DNA from: Candidatus Bathyarchaeia archaeon
GTDB lineage: Archaea; Thermoproteota; Bathyarchaeia; Bathyarchaeales; Bathycorpusculaceae
Assembly: GCA_049512935.1 (NCBI GenBank)
Contig: JBEKWR010000005.1
Location: 1 to 64,000, forward strand
Length of the DNA: 64,000 nt
Reading direction: 5' to 3'
The translations under genes and the position numbers were made by a program. The notes beneath the pieces were generated by a model. It saw only the letters and a program-made list of their open reading frames with translations, was not told the DNA's origin and searched no databases. Below are positions 28,057 to 41,326 of this stretch, in pieces (position 1 is the stretch's first letter; every line of letters begins with the position of its first letter).

Positions 28057-29181
28057 TCAGTTAATACGCCCGTCTTTTTCCGGCGCATCAGATTGTTTTC
28101 GGATTTTCAAAACATCAAGCAAACCCCTTTTCGATTCGGCGTTAATGTTCTTAGGGTTAGACCTAATCAGAGGAATGCCAGTGTTAAAGACGATTGCTTG
28201 AAAGGCAACGAAAGAGATTATTACCCTGAACCAGAAGGTTGGAAAAGTCGCCAGCAAGCTTGACGCTGCGCTGACAAGAGCCGCTGTGCCAAGCATTCTG
28301 TAGAGCACGCTTGAAAGAAGCGGCAAGAATCCAGCTAGTGCAAAGCCTTGGGTTTGAAGGTTACTCGTTATCGAGTTAGCTATTATGATTTTCTCCGGGT
28401 TTATGATGTAGCCTATTGAGGCAAAAATTAAGAACAAAGTTAATATGCCAAACATCCAGGATACCGCCTGTAAGATCATCGGCTGGAACATTTTTTGAGG
28501 GTTCGTTTTCATCGTCATAATCCCATCGTGAAATTCGCCGATTGAGTGTCTGAGCCTGTTCTCCATTTCTGGCGTGTCAACACTCTTCCCCCTTATCAAA
28601 TTAGAAAAACGGCGTACCAACCCGAAGACCGTCTGGCTTGTTTTAGCGCTCAGGCTGAGATAGAGAATCAGCACTAAAGGCAAAGACATTAGAACCATCA
28701 TAACGCCAATGACGATGACCAAGTCGTTGTCTAAGGAGTAATTCGAAATTAAAAGAAACATGCCAACAACCAACGCTGCTAAAGTCACCAACAACTCGAA
28801 AACCTTCTTAACCACAATTGAAGCCGCTGCTTTTGAGCCGTCAACCCCCCGATCCTTCGACAGCAAGTACGCCTTCAAGATGTCTCCAGACCAGCCTCCT
28901 GGGACGATAGCGTCAACGAATATCCCGACCCAACTCAGGGTGAAAGCGCGGCGAAAAGTCGTTTTCACTGAGAGCCTGCCGAGAATCTGACGCCACGTAA
29001 GAGCGTCAAAAACAGTTCCGAACAGGACACAGATAAAAGCTAACATGTAAACGGGGATGCTCGTTTTTTCCATGATGCCGACGATGGAGCCGACGTTGGA
29101 GAAAAACAAGAGGTAGAGCAGGAAAACGGAGAAACCGATAAGAGACGTGACAGAAACGGACTTTTTCAGTTTTTCACGCAT
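28057..29181 (-). CDS. UPF0104 / LPG-synthase TM flippase-like protein (paralog of 8030..9181)
   Basis: WRQIL and GIFVDAIVPGGWSGD patterns; many TM helices. Confidence 0.78.
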   Translation of the reverse strand: MREKLKKSVSVTSLIGFSVFLLYLLFFSNVGSIVGIMEKTSIPVYMLAFICVLFGTVFDALTWRQILGRLSVKTTFRRAFTLSWVGIFVDAIVPGGWSGDILKAYLLSKDRGVDGSKAAASIVVKKVFELLVTLAALVVGMFLLISNYSLDNDLVIVIGVMMVLMSLPLVLILYLSLSAKTSQTVFGLVRRFSNLIRGKSVDTPEMENRLRHSIGEFHDGIMTMKTNPQKMFQPMILQAVSWMFGILTLFLIFASIGYIINPEKIIIANSITSNLQTQGFALAGFLPLLSSVLYRMLGTAALVSAASSLLATFPTFWFRVIISFVAFQAIVFNTGIPLIRSNPKNINAESKRGLLDVLKIRKQSDAPEKDGRIN

Positions 29182-29452
29182 TTTTTTTCCTTCAAGTTCT
29201 CTTGATTTATTACCGGTCTAATGTGCACCGCGTAATTCGCTAAAAATTTCACGTGTAACTTGCGTAGGCTGAAGCACTTAAGATGATGTGGTTGTGCGTT
29301 GTGACAACAAACATTAGTTAATCACTTTAAACCCCTCTCAAAAAATGAACACTGACTCTCACAAGAAAATGCACTATGAAAAAGCGCGAATTTCCAATTT
29401 ACCCAGTAAAAGAAATGAAGTTGTTAAGAAAAATAAACAAAAAGAAAAAAGA

Positions 29453-29794
<342 letters not shown>

Positions 29795-29825
29795 CTATCT
29801 CCAATAAAACACAATCAACCAACCG

Positions 29826-30029
29826 CTAGCTATTAACCTTTTTCCTTTCTTCTTTGGCTTCGCTACCCTTTAAAGAGCCCTCGACGGCTTCACCGATCTT
29901 GGTAACTTCCGCTTTTATGGCGTCGGCTTTCTCCTTGATGCTCTTCACTTCTTCTTCCGCCATTTTTTCAATTTGCAGGCTAAAATTCTGGTAGTCTTTT
30001 TCCAACTTTTCTTTTGACATGCTCGTCAC
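29826..30029 (-). CDS. small charged coiled-coil protein in the ATP synthase operon
   Basis: 67 aa, Glu/Lys-rich and helical; co-oriented between the USP gene and atpK. Confidence 0.55.
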   Translation of the reverse strand: MTSMSKEKLEKDYQNFSLQIEKMAEEEVKSIKEKADAIKAEVTKIGEAVEGSLKGSEAKEERKKVNS

Positions 30030-30039
30030 GTCCTAGCGC

Positions 30040-30483
30040 TTATTTAATAACCAAGACAGGGCAAGGCGCGTATTCAATCACTCGTTCAGCGACGCTTCCG
30101 ATGAGAATCCTATCGGTGCCCCTTCGCCCATACGTGCCCATCACAATTAGATCAGCGTTCAACTCTTTGGCTAAATGCACAATCTGCTCGAATGGTCTTC
30201 CCTCAGTGATTAAAGATGAAGAATTAACGCCTTCCTTCCCCGCTAAGCCGACAACATAATTCACGTAGCCTTTCCCATCTTCCTTCAGTTCCCGCTCAGC
30301 AACTTCATGTGCAGTTATTTTCGCTATTTGGTCAAGCACAACATCGTCAACGACGAAAACCACCACAATTTGAGCACCGATCATTTTGGCTACACTTATC
30401 CCATACTCGGCGGCACGCAGGCTAATTTCTGAACCGTCAGTCGGGACCAAAATTTTCTTGACATTCTTAAAGTTCAGACTCAA
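30040..30483 (-). CDS. universal stress protein
   Basis: KILVPTDGS and DLIVMGTYG...GSVAERV...APCPVLVIK motifs. Confidence 0.93.
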   Translation of the reverse strand: MSLNFKNVKKILVPTDGSEISLRAAEYGISVAKMIGAQIVVVFVVDDVVLDQIAKITAHEVAERELKEDGKGYVNYVVGLAGKEGVNSSSLITEGRPFEQIVHLAKELNADLIVMGTYGRRGTDRILIGSVAERVIEYAPCPVLVIK

Positions 30484-30487
30484 TTTT

Positions 30488-31114
30488 TCAACGCCTTCTA
30501 ATCATATATTTAATTCTTTTAGTGCGAACGAATTCCTCGCGGTCTTTTTCTTCCAAAACCAGCGCAATCTGCTTGACAATGTTGCGGTACATGGGAATGA
30601 GGACGTAATTCAGTGCGTTAACCCGCCGCTGCGTCCTTTTAACGTCGCTAGCGATCTGAAACGTTGTGCCTTCAGCCTTGGCTAAATCAGCGAGTAACGC
30701 CAGCAAACTGTAAAACTGCTTAAACGCTTTATCCAACTCGGAACTTGTGTTGGCGAAACCATAATCAGGCTTAACTTCGGCGGTACTGCAGAACTCAACA
30801 GCGGGGACGACTACGCCCATTATGCTTTTGAAGTCCATCAAGAAATCAGCTTCAAAACGGGAACCGCAAGCGACGTTTGAAATTGTCTCTGAGCCCTTAG
30901 CCATGTTTGCCTCTTTTATAGCCTGATAAGCCTTCGCAAGGGCTTCCAGTAAATCCGCTCGCGCCCGTTCAGCCTCGTAAATGCTGTTTCTTAGTTCCCG
31001 AAGCAGAATGTCACGTTTGCGTTCCAGCACGTCACGTCCTGACTGAGCCAAAGCCAGAGTCTTTTTTGTCTGAATCAAGTTTATTCTTGTTGGGCTGATG
31101 TTTTCAGCAGACAA
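30488..31114 (-). CDS. atpD: A/V-type ATP synthase subunit D
   Basis: PTRINL, LERKRD.L, TQRRVNAL and LEEKDREEF motifs. Confidence 0.93.
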   Translation of the reverse strand: MSAENISPTRINLIQTKKTLALAQSGRDVLERKRDILLRELRNSIYEAERARADLLEALAKAYQAIKEANMAKGSETISNVACGSRFEADFLMDFKSIMGVVVPAVEFCSTAEVKPDYGFANTSSELDKAFKQFYSLLALLADLAKAEGTTFQIASDVKRTQRRVNALNYVLIPMYRNIVKQIALVLEEKDREEFVRTKRIKYMIRRR

Positions 31115-31118
31115 CCGC

Positions 31119-32516
31119 TTACTTTACCTCTTGAGCCTTCTTTGGATAATACTTCTCAATGTACTCAGGATGCACGTGTATCAATTCCTCATCAGGCAAA
31201 ACTGACAAGGTATCCCATGCAATATTGAGAGTGTCCTCGATCGTCCTGTTCTCATCCTTGCCTTGGTTAATCAGCGTCTTCTCGAAACGTTCACCGAAAC
31301 GCAGGTATTCCCTGTCTCTTGTTCCCAAACCTTCTTCTCCGATGATCGTCGCGAGAGACTTCACAGAGTTGTACTGCGCATAAGCCGCGTAAAGCTGGCT
31401 TGCAACGTCGGCGTGATCCGCCCTTGTTCGCCCTTTCCCAATGCCGTCCTTCATGATTCTGGACAAACTCGTGGTGATATAGATCGGCGGGTAAATGCTC
31501 TGCTTTTCCAAGTTGCGGGACAGCACAATCTGCCCTTCAGTGATGTAGCCTGTGAGGTCAGGGATAGGATGAGTTATGTCGTCGTTGGGCATGGTTAAAA
31601 TAGGCATCTGGGTGATCGAGCCTTTCTTGCCAGCGACTCTTCCTGCGCGCTCATACACGCTTGCAAGGTCACTGTACATGTAGCCTGGATAGCCTTTCCT
31701 ACTCGGAACCTCCTCCATTGAAGCACTCACTTCCCGCAGAGCCTCGCAGTAGTTGGTCATGTCAGTCAAGATTACCAGAACGTGCGATTCCTGATCAAAC
31801 GCCAGATACTCCGCCAAAGTCAAGCCAGCCCTCGGCGTGATAATACGCTCAACAGGCGGGTCTTCAGCCAAGTTAAGAAACATCGCCACGTTCTTGATTG
31901 CGCCAGTCTCCTCAAAGCTTCTTCTGAAAAACGCCGCGTCATCATGCTCCAGCCCCATGGCTATGAAGACGATGAAGAATTCTTCACTTGCACCTCGAAT
32001 GGTTGCCTGCCTGACAATTTGAGCGGCAAGCTCGTTGTGCGATAAGCCTGGACCGCTGAAGATGGGGAGCTTTTGACCTCGCACCAGGCTGTCTAAGCCG
32101 TCAATCGCCGAAATGCCCGTTTGAATGAAGTCCCTTGGATACTCTCTGGAAGTGGGATTCAGGGGGAACCCGTTAACGTCACGTCGCTCTTCACTGAAAA
32201 ACCGTGGGTGACCGTCGATGGGCTCGCCGAAACTGTTCATCACGCGCCCCAGCATCTCGGTTGACACTGGCACTTCCAGCGGTTTTCCTAAAAATCGAGT
32301 GCGTGTTTCTGAAGGTGACAGGCCCGTTGTGCCCTCGAAGACTTGTACTGTTACGGCTTTCTGAGTGACTTGAATCACTTTGCCCAGTCGTATTTCGCCA
32401 GTTTGAGCCCTCACCGCTACGAGTTCTTCGTAACCGACGCCCTGCACGTTTTCCACGACGATGATTGGCCCTGAAATTGAAGCGACGCCCTTATACTCTA
32501 CTCCTAAACCTGCCAT
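31119..32516 (-). CDS. atpB: A/V-type ATP synthase subunit B
   Basis: [31 protein letters not shown] and [14 protein letters not shown] motifs. Confidence 0.96.
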   Translation of the reverse strand: MAGLGVEYKGVASISGPIIVVENVQGVGYEELVAVRAQTGEIRLGKVIQVTQKAVTVQVFEGTTGLSPSETRTRFLGKPLEVPVSTEMLGRVMNSFGEPIDGHPRFFSEERRDVNGFPLNPTSREYPRDFIQTGISAIDGLDSLVRGQKLPIFSGPGLSHNELAAQIVRQATIRGASEEFFIVFIAMGLEHDDAAFFRRSFEETGAIKNVAMFLNLAEDPPVERIITPRAGLTLAEYLAFDQESHVLVILTDMTNYCEALREVSASMEEVPSRKGYPGYMYSDLASVYERAGRVAGKKGSITQMPILTMPNDDITHPIPDLTGYITEGQIVLSRNLEKQSIYPPIYITTSLSRIMKDGIGKGRTRADHADVASQLYAAYAQYNSVKSLATIIGEEGLGTRDREYLRFGERFEKTLINQGKDENRTIEDTLNIAWDTLSVLPDEELIHVHPEYIEKYYPKKAQEVK

Positions 32517-32521
32517 ACGCT

Positions 32522-34291
<1,770 letters not shown>

Positions 34292-34295
34292 TTTC

Positions 34296-34916
34296 TCAAT
34301 GTTCCTCCTTAAACATTATTTTTGCAAGTTCAACTCGCAACAGGGGCTTCAATTCAGCCAACTTGTTATCGATGGTGCTGTCGTAGGTTATTTTGCCATC
34401 CACGGTTTGCGTTTTGAAGCCGCCGATGAAGTCTCCTGTCTCGTCTAATATTTTTAATTCGCAATTTATCTTTTTGGATAAGCGGTTCAACTCGTCTTGG
34501 GTGAGCCACTCTTTGTCTTTAGCGTTAAGTTGTATGACAAGGCTTTTCTGTCCTAACTGTTTAGCAACTTCCCTTAGAAGCTTAAGCAAATAACGATGAT
34601 AACCCTCAGTTGCCACATACTCTTTGAGTCTAACAAGGGCTTTTTCGAAAGCAATATCAACCAGCTCCTCCTTCGCTTGAAGCAGAAAATTCCTCATTTC
34701 CACCTCAGTTATAGAAGCGATTCTTCGTTTCTCCGCTTCAGCCCTCGCCGCAGCCTGATTCAGTATGGTCTGGTAGTTTTTGTCTGCTTGCTGTTTAGCC
34801 TGTTTCAAAGCTTCTTTCGCGTCATTCTTAGCCGTTAAAACAATGGCTTCAGCTTCTTTTTGCACATCAGCTAAGACTTCGTTTGAAATCGCCGATAGAC
34901 CTTCTTTAACGCTCAC
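34296..34916 (-). CDS. atpE: A/V-type ATP synthase subunit E
   Basis: N-terminal coiled coil, IGGF....DGKI.YDST motif; operon position. Confidence 0.88.
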   Translation of the reverse strand: MSVKEGLSAISNEVLADVQKEAEAIVLTAKNDAKEALKQAKQQADKNYQTILNQAAARAEAEKRRIASITEVEMRNFLLQAKEELVDIAFEKALVRLKEYVATEGYHRYLLKLLREVAKQLGQKSLVIQLNAKDKEWLTQDELNRLSKKINCELKILDETGDFIGGFKTQTVDGKITYDSTIDNKLAELKPLLRVELAKIMFKEEH

Positions 34917-34933
34917 TTTTTAACCCTCCCTCT

Positions 34934-35242
34934 TTAAATCCGTACACCCAAGGTTTTGCTGATTAGGTCTGACATTCGGGTTTCGCTTGGTTTTCCTTTG
35001 CTTCCTGGGACCTCCACGATTAAAGGTTCTCTTCGTTCGCGACGTATCTTCTCGATTGTCTCATGCAGTTGCGGTTGAGTTGAAAACTCTTCGCTTATAA
35101 TAATAATTGCGAGATCATTGCGTGCAAGAGCCTTGTTCAGGGCTCGCCCTGCCTCGTCCACCGAAGTTGCTTCGACGCCTTCGACGCCGACAAGTCTGAA
35201 ACCCGTTATCATGTCGGCATCACCTATTATGTAGCCAAGCAT
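34934..35242 (-). CDS. atpF: A/V-type ATP synthase subunit F
   Basis: IIGDADMITGFRLVGV...PLIVEVP...LGVRI. Confidence 0.9.
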   Translation of the reverse strand: MLGYIIGDADMITGFRLVGVEGVEATSVDEAGRALNKALARNDLAIIIISEEFSTQPQLHETIEKIRRERREPLIVEVPGSKGKPSETRMSDLISKTLGVRI

Positions 35243-35284
35243 GCAATCTCTTGATAAAGCTTAAATTACTAGTTAAATAACGTT

Positions 35285-37330
35285 ATGGCGCATATGTTGC
35301 GACCTGAACGGATGACCGAGACGTCGGTAATATGCGTCAAGCAAGACGTTGAATCTCTGCTGGAAGCGCTAAGCAGCTTCGGAGAATTCCACATCGAAGA
35401 ATCGGTTGAAAACGCAAATCCGCAACAGTATAATCAGGAAATCCAGAAAGCTGAAGAAGCGCTGACAAGCGCCAACGACCTGATCAAACAGCTTTGCCAA
35501 GAAAAAGCAGGCGCGTTTGACCTTTTCAAAGCGGAGGAGCCCGCAAAAACCCAGGTTACGGCGGAGAATTGGCAAGCCCTCGCTGGGTCCACTTCTCAAC
35601 AAGTCTCTGTGTTGAAGAAGCAAGTTGACGAATTAAACAATTCTATGTCTAGCCTTCAAGAAAAAACCGCGCAGCTAAACAACATCAAACGAATGCTTGC
35701 CATAATTGACGAGAAGCATGCGGATCTTGAGGCTATACAGAACCTGGAATTAATCCATGTTACAGCGGCGACCGTGCCAAACAAAAACTTCGAGGCGTTA
35801 AAGGCCGAACTTGCAAAGTTCCCGCTTATCTTGAGCCCCGCTTTCCTAACGAAGGATACCAGTTTCGTAAGCATCGCCGTCCCAGGCAAGCAAAGCGCCG
35901 AAGTAGAAAAAATCGTCAAGGCGCACCATGCCGAAATCTTTTCAATCCCCAAAGACATGCCTCACAACGCTAAGGACGCGCTCAAGGAAGTCAAAGACCG
36001 CTTGAAAGACAGCGCGGACAAGGAAAAAGCAATTTCAGAGTCATTAAGCAAGTTAGGCAAAGAAAACAAAACCAGCCTTTCAACTTGGAAAGAAAACGCT
36101 GAAAACATTCTGGCGCTGCTTAACGCGGAAAAGAAGATGCTTCAGTCAGGAAGGCTCGTGACCATCAAGGGATTCGCGCCTAAGAAAAACATGGTTGCTC
36201 TCAAGGAAAAAGTCCATTCCCTCCTTGGAGAAAAAGCGATAGTGCTGCAAGAAGACCCTGCTAAAGTGGAAGACATCCCCACGAAGATCAGCAACAACAG
36301 GTTCGTAAAGCCGTTCGAAGTAATCACGAAGCTTTACGGTTTGCCAAATTACGGCGAAGTAGACCCAACACCCTACATGGCTATTTCGTTCCCGATTCTT
36401 TTCGGTTTAATGTTCGGAGACATGGGCCACGGCTTAATCCTGCTGGTAGGCGGCTTCACCGTCGGGATGCTTGTGAAGAAGAACCAAGGAATAAAGGACA
36501 TGGCGTACATCTTGGCAATGTGCGGTTTTGCCGCAACCATTGCAGGCGCCCTGTTCGGCGAATGCTTCGGCAAGGAACTTTTTCCCCCGTTATGGTTCAG
36601 ACCATTTGCTGTTACCAACGTCTTTAGCTTCCTTGTCTTCGCCCTGATTATTGGCGTGATACAGATAGTCAGCGGCTTAACTCTGGAAATGGTGAACTTT
36701 GTCCTTAAACACGACCTCGTTGACGCCGTTTTGACGTCGATCCCTAAAATGGCATTCTACCTCGGCGGGGTTTACATAGTCTTAGTTTACAAGTTAAACT
36801 TTGGAGCGTGGTTTTCGGGTCCCGTGCTGCTTTTGATTGTTCCGTTTATTTTCGTGGTTTTCGCGAAGCCTGCTTACACTGCTGCTAGGAAAATGTCAAT
36901 GCACACGGCAGTTGCGCTTTCTGAGGACACGGGAATTGAACTTCCTTCGGAAAAGCCAGAGCCTTTAGGTCAGAGGATTTTCGAGAGCGGAGACATGGTG
37001 ACACGTTTACTCAGCAACAGCATCTCCTATGCTCGAATTCTCGCCCTGCTTATGGCTCACTGGGCACTGCTCCTTGTCACTTACACGGTTGCAGCCCTGA
37101 TAGGCGGACCCACAGGTTTCGGCTTGATCATCAGCGGCATAATCATCATCGGCGGAAACATGTTCGTCATCGCTTTCGAAGGATTAATCGTTTTCATCCA
37201 CGCCTTAAGATTACACTTCTACGAATGGTTCAGCAAGTTCTACGCGGGAAACGGCAAAGAATTCCAGCCGTTCAAACAAAACTTTGTCTACACCAACGTA
37301 GAGCTGAACGGAAAAGGGAAAGAAGCCTAA
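35285..37330 (+). CDS. atpI: A/V-type ATP synthase subunit I (a)
   Basis: P.YGEVDPT, GLMFGDMGHG, SYARILAL and HALRLHFYEWF motifs. Confidence 0.94.
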   Translation: MAHMLRPERMTETSVICVKQDVESLLEALSSFGEFHIEESVENANPQQYNQEIQKAEEALTSANDLIKQLCQEKAGAFDLFKAEEPAKTQVTAENWQALAGSTSQQVSVLKKQVDELNNSMSSLQEKTAQLNNIKRMLAIIDEKHADLEAIQNLELIHVTAATVPNKNFEALKAELAKFPLILSPAFLTKDTSFVSIAVPGKQSAEVEKIVKAHHAEIFSIPKDMPHNAKDALKEVKDRLKDSADKEKAISESLSKLGKENKTSLSTWKENAENILALLNAEKKMLQSGRLVTIKGFAPKKNMVALKEKVHSLLGEKAIVLQEDPAKVEDIPTKISNNRFVKPFEVITKLYGLPNYGEVDPTPYMAISFPILFGLMFGDMGHGLILLVGGFTVGMLVKKNQGIKDMAYILAMCGFAATIAGALFGECFGKELFPPLWFRPFAVTNVFSFLVFALIIGVIQIVSGLTLEMVNFVLKHDLVDAVLTSIPKMAFYLGGVYIVLVYKLNFGAWFSGPVLLLIVPFIFVVFAKPAYTAARKMSMHTAVALSEDTGIELPSEKPEPLGQRIFESGDMVTRLLSNSISYARILALLMAHWALLLVTYTVAALIGGPTGFGLIISGIIIIGGNMFVIAFEGLIVFIHALRLHFYEWFSKFYAGNGKEFQPFKQNFVYTNVELNGKGKEA

Positions 37331-38379
37331 AGCAGCGTTTGACTCAAAATGTAATCCATGCTGACGGCGCCTTCGACGCCCGCGCTTGCCGCCATCAGGT
37401 TGCGCACTTCCGCCTCCTTGATCATCATGAAAGCGAGCGGCGCGCCAACATTGAAGATTTCTCCGACAGTGGCTGCCTTAGCGTGTTGAAACACGAATTT
37501 CTTGAAGGCTTTTTCAGCGGCTGCCAACGTTTCCTCTGGGCTTGGAGCTTTAGCAAATAACTTTCCGTAGAAGGTTTCAGAAGCGACTTTTAGCGTTGAT
37601 TCGAAGTCAGCTGACATAAGCAGCGCATCAACAGTTTCTGAAGTGAGCTTAAAGTTTTTAGGAGGCACCGCCGCTCTCAGCCAGCTGGCGTCGTAATTCA
37701 GGGCTTTTCCCCTAAGGATAGTGAGAAGCGTGAAGCTGTCGTTCTCTGTCGCCGCGTAAAAGAGCACGTGGTTCCTCTGATTCCTAGGCAACTCTTCATA
37801 GGCGTCGTGTAAACTGTCATAGAACACCTTGTCCAGCAGAATGTCAAGCGCCGAAGTCGACCCGTTCTCTTCATAAGCCTGCATCCCCTTGCTGAGGGCG
37901 CCCGTGTACAGCGAGCTTTTGATGGAATTCTGCATCTGCTTCAAAGTTGAAGCCTTAGCCGCTTCCTCCAGCATGACGCGTTTCCCAAGAAAATCTTCAG
38001 CGGAAAAGTAGATTCTGCCGAGTTTCTCCTCAGCGCTCATTTCCCCGTTGATTGCCTTGATGAGGGTCTTAATGTTTTCCACTTCAAACCGCAAGATGTA
38101 AACGGAAAGGAAGTCTGCCGCCTTCTTCGGCGAGTTCTTAATCATCTTCACGTAGGATTCGATGAGGTTCTCGTTGAATGCCCGCTCCAGCTTTCGACTG
38201 TTAAGCGGCAACGGAACCTTTGATATTTGCGTTTGATAGGTGGTGTCTCTGAGCTGAGCCGCGAACGCAGGCACATTTTTGCTTTCGATTAGAGATTTAA
38301 TCTTTGCTTCGCTGAGAAGCTTGCTTTTTTCAGCCCCAATCTTCGCGAAAACAGCCGCGTACTGTGTTGTCTGACTCAA
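37327..38379 (-). CDS. atpC: A/V-type ATP synthase subunit C (d)
   Basis: 350 aa; SKLLSE, RFEVENIK, LDK.FY and KEAEVRNL segments. Confidence 0.85.
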   Translation of the reverse strand: MSQTTQYAAVFAKIGAEKSKLLSEAKIKSLIESKNVPAFAAQLRDTTYQTQISKVPLPLNSRKLERAFNENLIESYVKMIKNSPKKAADFLSVYILRFEVENIKTLIKAINGEMSAEEKLGRIYFSAEDFLGKRVMLEEAAKASTLKQMQNSIKSSLYTGALSKGMQAYEENGSTSALDILLDKVFYDSLHDAYEELPRNQRNHVLFYAATENDSFTLLTILRGKALNYDASWLRAAVPPKNFKLTSETVDALLMSADFESTLKVASETFYGKLFAKAPSPEETLAAAEKAFKKFVFQHAKAATVGEIFNVGAPLAFMMIKEAEVRNLMAASAGVEGAVSMDYILSQTLL

Positions 38380-38696
38380 GGTTTAGCTTCCTTAAGCACT
38401 GAGTTCACAACTTTAGCAATCGCGGGCTCCATGTACTTTCCAGCGTGCACTTTCAGTTTCTCAGTGGCTGCCTCGTTAGCTTTCAGTTGTTCATCGCGCT
38501 TGCGGTTGGCTTCCTCAACCGTACTCGCGAACAGCTGCTGCCCCTCTTCTTCGGCGTAAGCTTGACTGTTGACAACCAGTTTCTCGCTGTTCTGCTGAGC
38601 TTGAGCCGTCATGCTCTGGGCTTTCTGTTGAGCGTCGCTTCGGATCTTTTCTGCCTCGGCTTCGATTTTTTTAAGTTCTTCCCACACTTTCTCCAT
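38376..38696 (-). CDS. atpH: A/V-type ATP synthase subunit H/G (peripheral stalk)
   Basis: LKKIEAEAEKIRSDA coiled coil; overlaps the atpC start. Confidence 0.75.
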   Translation of the reverse strand: MEKVWEELKKIEAEAEKIRSDAQQKAQSMTAQAQQNSEKLVVNSQAYAEEEGQQLFASTVEEANRKRDEQLKANEAATEKLKVHAGKYMEPAIAKVVNSVLKEAKP

Positions 38697-38879
38697 TATT
38701 CCACAAGCTACCAAGTGCTGTATCTCTTGAAAAGCCTTTTGCTTCTTTTGGAAAAAACCTGTCCATTCATTAACCCGCTTGACGCTCAGCCAATCATCTT
38801 GGGCTTGCTCCGCGCAAATTCGTGACTAGGTTTGGCTGTTCCTTAGTCAACAAATACTATTCTGCAGTATACTCTTGCG

Positions 38880-39824
38880 GTGAAAAACAAGATGAGTCAA
38901 CTATCTAACCCCTTAGAAGTCCTCAAATCGCTCTCAGAAGCAACAAGCATGCTGATCGGCAAAGTTTCGAAGTCCGTGGTCAGCGTTAAAGCGCAGATGT
39001 CACACGGCACAGGCGTCGTCTTAACCAAAGACGGGTACATCGTCACATGCAACCACGTGCTCGGAGGCTGCAGCGCAGTCAAAATCGGTCAAGGAGAAAA
39101 AACCTTCAACGCCAAAATCGTCGGCGCAGACCCCTACAACGACATAGCCCTGCTCAAGGCGGAGACTGGCGCGTTCACACCCATCGAGGTGGGCGATTCA
39201 GAAAAACTCAGCGTAGGCCAATACGTTCTGGCTCTCGCCAACCCGTTTAACAGGAAACAGCCGACCGCCACAAGCGGAATGGTCACAAACGTAAACAGCA
39301 CAATCAGGGGCTGGCGCGGAATGACCCAGATGGAAAACGTCATCGCCACCGACGCACAGCTGAACCCAGGCTTCAGCGGCGGACCACTCGTAGACGCCGA
39401 AGGCAGAATCATCGGCATAAACACGGCTTACGTCTGGCAAAGAGGCATCGCCATCCCAATCAACAAAGTCAAAGCGGTCACCGACAGGTTGATGACTGGA
39501 CGCATAACGCAGAGAGGCTACTTAGGCATAATCGCAAACACCGTCGCCATCCCAGAGGAAATCGCGGAGCAAGCAGGCTTAGAACAGGAGACAGGCGTGA
39601 TGATCTTCAGCGTCGAGGCAGGCTCACCCGCGCGCAAAGCAGGCTTAGCCATGGGCGACGTACTCGTTAAATTCAACGGCAAACCAGTCACCGACTTCTA
39701 CGACCTGCCAAGGCTGCTCGCGGAAGACGTCATAGGCAAAGAAACCAAGCTGACCGTCATCAGACGCGAAACCCTGCTGGAAGCAACCGTAGTGCCAACC
39801 GTTCACGGAGGCGAAGAAGACTGA
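38880..39824 (+). CDS. HtrA/DegP-like trypsin protease with one PDZ domain
   Basis: TCNHV, DIALLK, DAQLNPGFSGGPL and GSPA.KAGL..GD motifs; no signal peptide. Confidence 0.9.
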   Translation: MKNKMSQLSNPLEVLKSLSEATSMLIGKVSKSVVSVKAQMSHGTGVVLTKDGYIVTCNHVLGGCSAVKIGQGEKTFNAKIVGADPYNDIALLKAETGAFTPIEVGDSEKLSVGQYVLALANPFNRKQPTATSGMVTNVNSTIRGWRGMTQMENVIATDAQLNPGFSGGPLVDAEGRIIGINTAYVWQRGIAIPINKVKAVTDRLMTGRITQRGYLGIIANTVAIPEEIAEQAGLEQETGVMIFSVEAGSPARKAGLAMGDVLVKFNGKPVTDFYDLPRLLAEDVIGKETKLTVIRRETLLEATVVPTVHGGEED

Positions 39825-40015
39825 TAGAACACATCCCGCTGGAGATTGAACCGCCACAGCCAATGCCGTCGCCGCCGCTCAGAAGAAGACCCTCCCCAAC
39901 GCCACAAATCAGCACGGCAAACCCAGCTGCTTCAACCCCTTCTTTCCTGCCCATTTTTGACTAGGCGGAAAGAAGCAAATTTTTTTCTTATTTTCTGCAG
40001 TCAACTTACGCATAT

Positions 40016-41326
40016 TCATCCTTGGTGAGAAGGTCTTTGATCCTTATTTTGTGTCACTTTGAACGTGCGCAGATCCTTCAGAAATAGTGAAGCCAACCCT
40101 GTCAGCAGGAGCCCTATTCCGGCGACCTCGAAGTCTGGAATGATTCCGTAGAATTGGATGATGAGCCCTCCTGCAATCTGGGCAAGCGGGATGGCGGCGA
40201 AGCTTCCTACCTCGTCAGCACTTATCACTCTACCGAGGACGTGCCCCGGTACGACGGTCTGGATTATGGAGAAATACAGCACTATGCTAAGTCCGAGCGC
40301 AAGACCAGCCGCGAAGAGCATCGAGACGGCGAATGCCACGTTGTGAAGTAAGATCATGCCGAGCGTTCCCAGCCCGAAGCCTACGTTGCAGGCTATCAGG
40401 ACCTTACCCGCATGGTTGAAGGCGTTCAACCTTCCCATGACCAACGCGCCGACCGCGCTTCCAAGGGAGAAGGAGGCGAGCAGGATGCCGTAGATGAGCC
40501 CCGAGGACGTGAGCAGGAACTTCGCCTCGTACACGACGAGGAAGTTTGTCCCCATAGTGAAGAAGAAGTTGATGACGGAGGCGGTGACCGTCATCTCCAA
40601 AATGGCTTTTTTGCCTAACATGAACCTGACGCCCTCGCGCACGTCACTTAGCAGCGAGGTTTTCTTGGCAGCGGCAGTCTTCTCGCTCTGGGCTTGAACG
40701 CCAGCCTGCGCCTTGACGGTCGCTGATGAGGGAACTAGGATGAGGAAGATCATCGTGGCAGAAATCAAGTAGGTTGCCGTGTTGTAGAAAAGGCTCATGG
40801 ACGCTCCGATAAGCTCTATCATCACTCCTCCTATTCCAAGGGAGGCCGAGTTCGCGAGCGACTCTGCGGCGGTCATGAGACCGTTCGCTCTCGGGATTAG
40901 GTCGCTCTGGACAAGCAGCGGCATGATGGCCCTCGCGGCGGGCCTGAAAAGTGTGGAGAACAGCGAGATAGCCAAGACAACCGCTAAAATTACGGCGAGG
41001 TTGAACCCCTCAAAGAACATGTAGACGGGTATTATCACCACTGCAGCTGAACGGGCGAGGTCGCAGGCGATCATCATGCGTCGCTTGTTGGACCTGTCGA
41101 CCAAGGCGCCCGCGAAGAGCCCGATAATGATCGTGGGAACGAACGAGGCTATGCCGACGTAGGCGACAGCCAGGGCCGAATGTGTCGATATGTAGACCAG
41201 GTAGCTGATCGCGGACGAGAATATCGCGGCTCCCGACGTGGAAACTATATCCCCGACGAACAAGGGGAGAAACCCACGTGCTTGGCGAAGCAATTGGATG
41301 AATGGCGATCGCGGCTTCTCGGACAT
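40016..41326 (-). CDS. MFS transporter (macrolide-efflux/DHA3-like)
   Basis: AGALVDRSNKRR, FRPA...P and VPGHVLGRV motifs; about twelve TM helices; visibly GC-richer than its neighbours. Confidence 0.88.
   Translation of the reverse strand: MSEKPRSPFIQLLRQARGFLPLFVGDIVSTSGAAIFSSAISYLVYISTHSALAVAYVGIASFVPTIIIGLFAGALVDRSNKRRMMIACDLARSAAVVIIPVYMFFEGFNLAVILAVVLAISLFSTLFRPAARAIMPLLVQSDLIPRANGLMTAAESLANSASLGIGGVMIELIGASMSLFYNTATYLISATMIFLILVPSSATVKAQAGVQAQSEKTAAAKKTSLLSDVREGVRFMLGKKAILEMTVTASVINFFFTMGTNFLVVYEAKFLLTSSGLIYGILLASFSLGSAVGALVMGRLNAFNHAGKVLIACNVGFGLGTLGMILLHNVAFAVSMLFAAGLALGLSIVLYFSIIQTVVPGHVLGRVISADEVGSFAAIPLAQIAGGLIIQFYGIIPDFEVAGIGLLLTGLASLFLKDLRTFKVTQNKDQRPSHQG

Noticed and set aside
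38823-38849. TGACTA-N15-TAGTCA inverted repeat upstream of the HtrA gene as another 55-bp element copy
   Set aside because: Spacer length and flanks do not match the N6 periodic structure; at most an unrelated operator
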